Below are positions 36,454-42,670 of a stretch of DNA of 42,670 nt, one piece after another (within the stretch, counting starts at the first letter, position 1; the number at the start of each line of letters is the position of its first letter). The position numbers and the translations under genes were made by a program. The notes under the pieces are model-generated. The model saw only the letters and a list, made by a program, of their open reading frames with translations. It ran no database searches and had not been told where the DNA came from. This DNA comes from Candidatus Gastranaerophilales bacterium (GTDB lineage: Bacteria; Cyanobacteriota; Vampirovibrionia; Gastranaerophilales; Gastranaerophilaceae): positions 1-42,670 of the forward strand of contig CANRHJ010000001.1 of assembly GCA_947630355.1 (NCBI GenBank), given 5' to 3'.

Positions 36454-37416
36454 TTAATCTTCAATTAATAAGCTTGCACCGATAACGCCTGCAGTGTTTC
36501 CGAGCTCGGCATGGACAACTTGAACGGCAGAACCTTGTATAGGCATAGCACGCTTTTTCAATGTTTCTTTTATCGGATTAAATAATAAATCACCGGCATC
36601 TGCAACTCCGCCGCCTATTACCACTTTTTCGGGATTTAAAAGATTTACGACACTGGCAAGCCCGATGCCTATATAATTACCGATTGTTTCGAAAATTTTT
36701 ACGGCAACAACATCGCCTTGTTTTGCGGCTTCAGCAACTATATACGGTGTAATATCGGGGTTTGCCAATTCGCGGTATTTGGTTGATTTACCGCCTTTTA
36801 TGTATTCTTCTGCCATAGCGACAATAGCCGGCCCCGAAGCGAACGCTTCCAAGCAGCCTTTGTCTCCGCATCCGCATATAGGACCGTTATCCATTTGCAG
36901 CTTTATATGCCCGAGTTCACCTGCCGCATTACTTGCACCGCGTACTAATTTTCCGTTAATAATCAACCCTGAACCGATACCGGTACCGACTGTTATACAT
37001 ATCATATTTTTAGCGCCTTTACCTGCTCCGTAATTCAGTTCGGCTAATGCTGCACATCTGACATCATTATCCACCTTAACGGGTATTCCGAATTCTTTTG
37101 ATACAATTTCCGCAATAGGTATATTTACCCAGCCCGGTATATTGGGAGCCAATCTTACTATGCCGTTATCACAGTCAATTTGACCCGGAAATCCAAATCC
37201 TATTCCCTCTATAGAATCTTTTGAAACTTTGGATTCTTTCATCAAATTGTGTATTGCCTTTATTATATTGGATATTGTATATTCATATCCCATTTCCGCC
37301 CTTGTGGGAACGGTATCCGAGTATATAATACTTCCGGCTTTATCTACCAATGCAACTTTTACGTTTGTTCCGCCTACATCTACCCCTATTCTGCATTTTT
37401 TTGTCATTATAGACAT
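36454..37416 (-). CDS. glk: ROK-family glucokinase
   Basis: 320 aa. Motifs: IGVDVGGTNVKVALVD, ROK signature with zinc motif GHIKL...CGCGDKGCLEAFASG, VIGGGVA. Confidence 0.9.
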   Translation of the reverse strand: MSIMTKKCRIGVDVGGTNVKVALVDKAGSIIYSDTVPTRAEMGYEYTISNIIKAIHNLMKESKVSKDSIEGIGFGFPGQIDCDNGIVRLAPNIPGWVNIPIAEIVSKEFGIPVKVDNDVRCAALAELNYGAGKGAKNMICITVGTGIGSGLIINGKLVRGASNAAGELGHIKLQMDNGPICGCGDKGCLEAFASGPAIVAMAEEYIKGGKSTKYRELANPDITPYIVAEAAKQGDVVAVKIFETIGNYIGIGLASVVNLLNPEKVVIGGGVADAGDLLFNPIKETLKKRAMPIQGSAVQVVHAELGNTAGVIGASLLIED

Positions 37417-37464
37417 CTTAACTCCTTGAAAATACTATCTTTTATTATATTAGCACAAACAAAT

Positions 37465-38055
37465 TCAAATAACTTTATCAATTAAACCGTACTCTACAGC
37501 CTCTTGAGCAGACATATAGTTATCACGTTCGGTATCCGCATAGATTTTTTCAACCGTCTGACCTGTATGTTCAGCTAAAAGTGTATTTAATTCTTTTTTC
37601 ATTCTTAAAATTTCTTTTGCTTCAATTTCTATATCCGTAGCCTGTCCTTTAGCACCGCCCAAAGGTTGATGTATCATTATTCTTGCACTTGGAAGCGCCA
37701 TTCTTTTCCCTTTTGTACCGCCTGATAAGAGAAAAGCACCCATTGATGCAGCTTCACCTATACATATCGTACTTACGTCGGCTCTTATATGCTTCATAGT
37801 ATCATATATTGCCATACCTGCCGTTATTACACCGCCGGGACTGTTTATATACATCATTACATCTTTTTCGGGATTTTCGGAATCCAACAATAATAATTGC
37901 GCTACTATTGAATTCGCCAATTCATCATCAATTTCCTCGCCCAAAAATATTATCCTTTCTCTTAATAATCTTGAGAATATATCAAAAGATTTTTCACCCC
38001 TTGATGATGATTCTATAACCGTCGGCACATAACTTAAAATTCTTTTGCTGTCCAT
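37465..38055 (-). CDS. clpP: ATP-dependent Clp protease proteolytic subunit
   Basis: Start trimmed to ATG 38055 (RBS AGAGG). Motifs: VPTVIE...[20 protein letters not shown], catalytic Ser in [11 protein letters not shown], His in IMIHQPLGG, Asp in ERDNYMSA. Confidence 0.96.
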   Translation of the reverse strand: MDSKRILSYVPTVIESSSRGEKSFDIFSRLLRERIIFLGEEIDDELANSIVAQLLLLDSENPEKDVMMYINSPGGVITAGMAIYDTMKHIRADVSTICIGEAASMGAFLLSGGTKGKRMALPSARIMIHQPLGGAKGQATDIEIEAKEILRMKKELNTLLAEHTGQTVEKIYADTERDNYMSAQEAVEYGLIDKVI

Positions 38056-38126
38056 ATAAACCTCTATTCCTATTAAATATATACAACAATTAGAAATTTT
38101 ATACAATATCTGATAAAATAAATATT

Positions 38127-38663
38127 ATGATTATTGATAATACGTATATCGCATACGATTTTATGACGGATTTTAACGGGCCCAAACGTCATTTTCCGGC
38201 ACCTTTTTATCCTACGGGATTATATGATAATGAAAAACCCGAATATCTGCACGGCCCGGACTCATCTATTTATCCTAATCTTACGCTGCCGTGCAATCTC
38301 TACGATGAATGGGGAAACATTATTCCTTTGGGTTTCTATATGGTCGCTCTTTCTCAAGATATGAAATTCCTCGACTTATATCAAAGCAATAAACTGAAAG
38401 CTAAAGTCAAAGTAGTTAAGCTTGTTGAAAAAATGTACACCCAAGATGAAATCGATGAAGAATCTAAAATAATAACGAAATTGGAAAACGCTAAGCTTAA
38501 GAAAAAACTGAAAAAAATGAGAGAAGCGGAAGAAGAACTTACTGCCTTTAAAGAACGTGTCGCAGCCGAAAGCTATGCAGAGATATTCGATTCAGGCAAA
38601 GGATATTATATTTTAAAATATAACTGCAACGGAAAGCAGGCTGAAGGTATTATTCAAAAATAA
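38127..38663 (+). CDS. Hypothetical soluble protein (globular N-terminal half + K/E-rich coiled coil)
   Basis: 178 aa, no TM segment and no motif I recognise. Divergent from clpP. 81 nt upstream of the FlhA-C-like gene on the same strand. Confidence 0.5.
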   Translation: MIIDNTYIAYDFMTDFNGPKRHFPAPFYPTGLYDNEKPEYLHGPDSSIYPNLTLPCNLYDEWGNIIPLGFYMVALSQDMKFLDLYQSNKLKAKVKVVKLVEKMYTQDEIDEESKIITKLENAKLKKKLKKMREAEEELTAFKERVAAESYAEIFDSGKGYYILKYNCNGKQAEGIIQK

Positions 38664-38744
38664 CCCTGTTTTTTTCTTAAATTAATGTTATTATAGAAGA
38701 ACAGATATTTGCGTAATTAATAATTAATAAACAAGGAATCTTTT

Positions 38745-40205
38745 ATGTATAAACCTACAAGAAATATGTATACAATAAAAAAATCCCCGTATAACGACAA
38801 TGAAAAGCTGGAAACACTACTTAACGATATGGCAAAAAACGGCTGGGAAATATATTCTATGCAGGAAGCAGAAGAAGATGACGAGGTCTTTTATAACTGC
38901 ATTTTTATTAAAGAAACACCAATCGATGAGCTGGCATTAAATGAAGATTCCGATTTGCTTAATTTCAAATCAAAAATAGAAAGAATAATTAATCCCGAGC
39001 TTGACCCTTATGAACTTTGTATTGATATTCAGAAAAAAATAAAAGAAAAACGTCAAAAAATTGCTCAGGTTAAATCGCTTATTGACGAAACATCCGAAGA
39101 CTCCAGAACCGTTCTAAATGATGAAATTTCCAAACATATTAACGAACTTGATGAATTAAAAAAGAAACTCGCAAAAGTTATTAATCCCGATGTAATGGAA
39201 CAAAAACTTTATACTCCCAAAATCACTCTTTCTATTTCGGAAGAATTAATGGATATTCTTGATAATGATTATGAGTATAATATGCTTTCGCAAATAGTTT
39301 TAACAAGACAGAATTTAACCGAAACTTTGGGATATATTATTCCGAAAATCAAATTTGAAATAGATGACAGCTTGGAAGAAAACGAATTTGCAATAAAAAT
39401 ACGAGGCATTCCGGTTATCAATTCTCACGCATACTGCGGTTATAATATGTTCTTTAAAAATGAACTTAACATTGAAAAAATTCAAGGAGATTTCTATACA
39501 GATAAAGACAAAATTACCGATTTGGATATTATATGGATTAACGAAGAACAGTCAAAAGACTTTTGGACAAAGGGTATTGATACCACCGATTATATCGCGC
39601 GTCTGCTTGAATATACCGTTACCAAATATATTGATGATATTTTTGACTACTCCGATGTTAACAGATATATTGAAATAGTAGGAAATCAAAATCTTTATCT
39701 TATTGAAAATATAATACCAGATTATTTATCGGTTGCAGAATTAAAATATATCCTCACAAATTTAATAAAAGAAAAAGTTTGTATTAAAGATATCGTCTAC
39801 ATCTTTGAAAAAATAAATGATTTCGCTGATGAAACAGATAAAGATGAACTGTTGGAAAGAATAAGAGTCTCTCTTGCCAGACAAATCAGTAATTCTCTGA
39901 TTTCAGAAACTGATAATACAATTCACGCTTTTGAATTAACAAATGAATCAATAAAATTGTTCTCGGGGAAAAATGATGACGACGTAATCAGGATTGAAAG
40001 CAATAAAATTGAAGCAATTACGGATAAAATAAAAGAGCAGGTTCAAAAATTTGAACCCGATTTAAAAGAAATAATATTAATTGTACCCATGAAACTGAGA
40101 CACTTAATTTTTCTTATATTATCTCAATTGATTCCGAATATTCGCGTGATTGCAAGGGAAGAACTGTTGTTTGATTATCCCTTAAAGATAATCAGCAATA
40201 TTTAA
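38745..40205 (+). CDS. Soluble FlhA/FHIPEP cytoplasmic-domain homolog fused to an N-terminal DUF4177-like module and a coiled coil; no membrane domain
   Basis: 486 aa. Residues about 155-486 are collinear with the FlhA linker plus cytoplasmic domain as I remember Salmonella FlhA. Matches: ITLSISEELMDILD ~ LEVEVGYRLIPMVD; LGYIIPKIKFEIDDSLEENEFAIKIRGIPV ~ MGFLPPVVHIRDNMDLQPARYRILMKGVEI; DLDIIWINE ~ GLDAIWIE; ELKYILTNLIKEKVCIKDIVYIFEKIND ~ TLHKVLQNLLAEKVPIRDMRTILETLAE; RIRVSLARQI ~ VVRVALGRAI. The N-terminus LETLLNDMAKNGWEIYSMQ...NCIFIKE is DUF4177-like. There is no hydrophobic helix anywhere. Confidence 0.8.
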   Translation: MYKPTRNMYTIKKSPYNDNEKLETLLNDMAKNGWEIYSMQEAEEDDEVFYNCIFIKETPIDELALNEDSDLLNFKSKIERIINPELDPYELCIDIQKKIKEKRQKIAQVKSLIDETSEDSRTVLNDEISKHINELDELKKKLAKVINPDVMEQKLYTPKITLSISEELMDILDNDYEYNMLSQIVLTRQNLTETLGYIIPKIKFEIDDSLEENEFAIKIRGIPVINSHAYCGYNMFFKNELNIEKIQGDFYTDKDKITDLDIIWINEEQSKDFWTKGIDTTDYIARLLEYTVTKYIDDIFDYSDVNRYIEIVGNQNLYLIENIIPDYLSVAELKYILTNLIKEKVCIKDIVYIFEKINDFADETDKDELLERIRVSLARQISNSLISETDNTIHAFELTNESIKLFSGKNDDDVIRIESNKIEAITDKIKEQVQKFEPDLKEIILIVPMKLRHLIFLILSQLIPNIRVIAREELLFDYPLKIISNI

Positions 40206-40432
40206 GCATTATAAACATTCTTGGCAATATAACTGTTTAAATTACGTCTTAAATTTGACAGCCTGACGTTCATTTGATTTCTCAAATTTTGACACCTTAT
40301 TGTATCGGCAATAATATTAAATTCCATATCGGATAAAGAGTTATGTCTGACGGTATTGACTAAATCAGATGCTTCACTTCTTTGAATTCTTTCTGTTAAA
40401 CTTGTTCCGAAACTTATTGGTGATATTCTCAT
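40202..40432 (-). CDS. Small protein sharing the ISP[IV]SF N-terminal motif with paralog A
   Basis: 76 aa; RBS AAGGAA. MRISPISFGTS compares with MISPVSFRAS (16740) and SCSFGKK (17425). The rest is helical and R/N-rich with no TM segment. Its stop overlaps the stop of the convergent FlhA-C-like gene (TTAA). Confidence 0.5.
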   Translation of the reverse strand: MRISPISFGTSLTERIQRSEASDLVNTVRHNSLSDMEFNIIADTIRCQNLRNQMNVRLSNLRRNLNSYIAKNVYNA

Positions 40433-40644
40433 ATAATGTTCCTTACTTATTTACTCAATTATAATATATAATTGACATAATTAACAATTGCTGTTATGTA
40501 CAATGTTTAAATCCCCTGAATAATAAAAATTTCTAATTATTTTATTTTTTTTACAAAATTTAATAATTATGTTAGACTGATTAGAATAAACACTTTTATA
40601 AAGCAATAAAATAAATAAGCGGAATAAGTAAAATAAAAGATAAA

Positions 40645-41547
40645 ATGAAAAAAGTATTTTTTAACATATTAATAATGGTTGCAATATTTTTTATATTTGA
40701 TTACACGATATATAAAATCAACATACAAAAATATAATCTGCCATACAGTTATATGTTTACAAAGAAAATAGCAGTTTCTGATGAAAATGACAAAGATTAT
40801 ATCGATAATATGCTTAAATTTAGGGAGCCGAATATTGTACCTAATTCCGACAAAAAGCCAATAGTATTTACGGGATGCAGCTTTGTATACGGAACAGGTT
40901 TAACCGATAAACAAACCATAACATATAAAATTTCAGATTTATTAAACACTTCAGTATATAATTTCGGCATGTGTTCTTACGGAATAAACACGTTTATAAC
41001 ATTATTAAAAATGGGAATATTTTTTGACAAAGTAAAAGAGGAACCATCTCTTGTCATATATATTTATATAGGATGTCATTTAAAACGTATAGTTATGCCA
41101 AATATGTACTTTGAAAGAAATGAATTCTTATATAAACCCGATAGAAATAATCATTTGGTAAGAAAACGTCCGCCTTTTATAATTTCACATTCTGCACTTT
41201 TATCTTCAATACGGAGTTTTATTTTTGACATTAATTTTGAATATAATAAACAATATCAAAAATATTTGTTAAAACTTTTAAAGATACATATTCTTGAAGC
41301 AAAAAGATTAATAAATGAAAAATATCCCGATACAAAATTTTTAGTACTTTTATATTTTGATTCTCCGCTTTTTGAACAAATTGCTCCGGATTTAGAAAAA
41401 GAAGGAATTATAATAATCAGGGTAATAGAAGAATTGGGAATAGATCCTCACGGACCCGAATATCAATTGCCCGACGGACATCCGAATGAAAAAATATGGA
41501 ACGAAATTGCACCATTATTGGCTAATCGGCTAAAAGAATATTTATAG
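40645..41547 (+). CDS. Membrane-anchored SGNH/GDSL-like hydrolase or acyltransferase
   Basis: 300 aa. N-terminal TM helix, block-I-like VFTGCSFVYGTG and C-terminal block-V-like LPDGHPNEK. The spacing in block V is atypical. Confidence 0.5.
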   Translation: MKKVFFNILIMVAIFFIFDYTIYKINIQKYNLPYSYMFTKKIAVSDENDKDYIDNMLKFREPNIVPNSDKKPIVFTGCSFVYGTGLTDKQTITYKISDLLNTSVYNFGMCSYGINTFITLLKMGIFFDKVKEEPSLVIYIYIGCHLKRIVMPNMYFERNEFLYKPDRNNHLVRKRPPFIISHSALLSSIRSFIFDINFEYNKQYQKYLLKLLKIHILEAKRLINEKYPDTKFLVLLYFDSPLFEQIAPDLEKEGIIIIRVIEELGIDPHGPEYQLPDGHPNEKIWNEIAPLLANRLKEYL

Positions 41548-41740
41548 TAAGTTTAAAGAAGCCGCAAGAATACTAATCAGGCGCCTAACGGCAGACAGAA
41601 GCAAAGTTAGAGCAAAAAACTTACCGAAGATAATTAAATCTTGCCGAAAAATTGTGCAAAACAGGTTTAAATCAATGATTTACATTAAAAGAATGATACA
41701 AATTATAAGAAAAAGTAATAGAATTTAGTGGGAGGGAATT

Positions 41741-42292
41741 ATGTCCGAAATACTGAATTTATATAATATTTTCTTATATACCGCAATTTTTTCAACGGTT
41801 TTATATGTAATAAAGATGGCTGTTTTTATGATAGCCGGAGGAGATACTGAGGTAAGTTCCGATTTTGATACAATGACGGAAGCCGATGTATCTTTCAATT
41901 TTGTTTCACTGCAATCAATTCTTGCTTTTTTTATGGGATTTGGCTGGAGCGGTCTTGCTTGTGTAATTCAGTTTCAAACAACCTATAAAAGTGCTTTTGT
42001 AACGGGATTTATTGTCGGATTTGTTTTTATGTATTTATCCGCATATCTTATGTTCAGCATAAAGAAATTAAACAAAAAAGTTATATATGATTATAAAACA
42101 TTAATAGGTAAAGAAGGGAAAGCTTATATAAATATTCCGCCAAAGAAAGAAGGACAGATTGAGATTGATTTTAACAACAAGCTTTCAATATTAGAAGCTG
42201 TAAACAATGATGATGAAACAATTGAAGCATTTGCCGCAATTAAAGTTATTAAAGCGGAAAATAATAAAATATATATAACAAAGAATTTATAA
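41741..42292 (+). CDS. NfeD/YqiJ-like membrane protein (partner of the downstream SPFH protein)
   Basis: 183 aa. Three or four TM helices, then a C-terminal beta-rich segment (GKEGKAYINIPPKKEGQIEIDFNNKLSILEAV) resembling the NfeD OB-fold. Lies directly upstream of a flotillin-like gene. Confidence 0.55.
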   Translation: MSEILNLYNIFLYTAIFSTVLYVIKMAVFMIAGGDTEVSSDFDTMTEADVSFNFVSLQSILAFFMGFGWSGLACVIQFQTTYKSAFVTGFIVGFVFMYLSAYLMFSIKKLNKKVIYDYKTLIGKEGKAYINIPPKKEGQIEIDFNNKLSILEAVNNDDETIEAFAAIKVIKAENNKIYITKNL

Positions 42293-42313
42293 TATGAAGT
42301 AAAGGAGAAAAAA

Positions 42314-42670
42314 ATGTATTTAGATCCTATGTTTATGGTATCTGTGGTAGTTCCGGCATTAATAGTATTAGCAATACTGCTATTTATAGCTAATCAGTAC
42401 AAAAGATGTCCGTCGAACAAGATTATAGTAGTATACGGTAAGACAGGCGGGAACACAACGGCAAAATGCGTACACGGAGGCGGTACGTTTATTATACCGT
42501 TAATACAGGACTACGGAGTTTTGTCATTAGAACCGATGACAACAGATATAGATTTAAGAGGTGCATTATCAAAAGGGAACATAAGAGTTGCAGTTCCCGC
42601 AACATTTACTTTTGGTATTTCCACAAAAGAAAATATAATGATAAATGCGGCAGAACGTCTTTTAGGGTTG
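42314..42670 (+). CDS. SPFH/flotillin-family protein, N-terminal 119 codons; the gene runs off the right edge
   Basis: Not in the track because it is truncated. ATG 42314 is preceded by AAGGAG. Reads MYLDPMFMVSVVVPALIVLAILLFIANQYKRCPSNKIIVVYGKTGG...HGGGTFIIPLIQDYGVLSLEPMTTDIDLRGALSKGNIRVAVPATFTFGI, which is an N-terminal hairpin anchor plus the start of the SPFH domain, as in YqiK/FloT. Confidence 0.75.
   Translation, partial: MYLDPMFMVSVVVPALIVLAILLFIANQYKRCPSNKIIVVYGKTGGNTTAKCVHGGGTFIIPLIQDYGVLSLEPMTTDIDLRGALSKGNIRVAVPATFTFGISTKENIMINAAERLLGL

Noticed and set aside
34400-37485. Plus-strand ORFs 34400..34642, 36779..37033, 37229..37429, 37249..37485
   Set aside because: They are antisense to holB, the ROK glucokinase and the clpP 3' end. 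They have no RBS or motifs.
16698-38106. Extended N-termini given by the ORF track for several genes (16698, 20478, 20585, 21910, 23850, 38106)
   Set aside because: Internal ATG codons with proper Shine-Dalgarno sequences (16740, 20463, 20663, 21871, 23748, 38055) fit family N-termini better. The upstream extensions use TTG/GTG or lack an RBS.
41548-41740. Mildly G+C-enriched intergenic stretch (GCCGCAAGAATACTAATCAGGCGCCTAACGGCAGACAGAAGC...) as a possible tRNA or small RNA
   Set aside because: There is no cloverleaf-compatible pairing and no T-loop GTTCRA motif. There is only weak word sharing (GCAAGAAT, GAGCAAAAA) with other intergenic regions. The evidence is insufficient to call an RNA gene.

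Overview
This is an AT-rich (roughly 30% G+C by eye), very gene-dense chromosomal segment. It holds about 41 protein-coding genes. I found no rRNA or tRNA genes, no CRISPR array and no transposase or integrase.

Most of the window is housekeeping:
- Left end to 9.7 kb: a partial pilC/gspF at the left edge, zupT, a GNAT acetyltransferase, a histidine phosphatase, a long-form gyrB, and a TPR / GGDEF / Slt70-like cluster.
- 17.9 to 29.9 kb: pheA, a phosphohexomutase, a uridine-kinase-like gene, miaA, a processive GT2 synthase, yidC, queA and a large GT-C-like membrane protein.
- 30.1 to 38.1 kb: a GAF/HD-GYP protein, desulfoferrodoxin, PBP4, a nitrilase-family hydrolase, holB, holA, a ROK glucokinase and clpP.
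- Right end: an SGNH-like hydrolase and an NfeD/flotillin pair at the right edge.

The gene content suggests an anaerobic diderm, possibly a non-photosynthetic cyanobacterial relative (Melainabacteria/Vampirovibrionia-like). The supporting genes are an E. coli-type GyrB insert, Slt70, PBP4, a TonB-C-like domain, PilC, superoxide reductase and a DUF1822-like domain. This is a guess that cannot be verified from the sequence alone.

Candidates for something new, in my order of interest:
1. A 6.8-kb three-gene minus-strand cassette (9746-16548). It encodes a giant ZAS-type anti-sigma membrane protein, an ECF-like sigma factor, and a triple-zinc-ribbon STAND ATPase/TPR protein.
2. A soluble, membrane-domain-less FlhA cytoplasmic-domain homolog fused to a DUF4177-like module (38745-40205), with no other flagellar or T3SS genes nearby.
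3. A ~200-nt island of about 54% G+C inserted in frame into an otherwise about 25% G+C polytopic membrane protein gene (about 28364-28575).
4. A family of four small proteins with shared N-terminal and GGNK[FY]I motifs, two of them in tandem next to the sigma cassette.

Smaller oddities are listed in the findings: degenerate catalytic motifs, operator-like palindromes, short dispersed motifs, and convergent genes with fused stop codons. All functional calls come from reading the translated ORFs against remembered family motifs. No database search was run.
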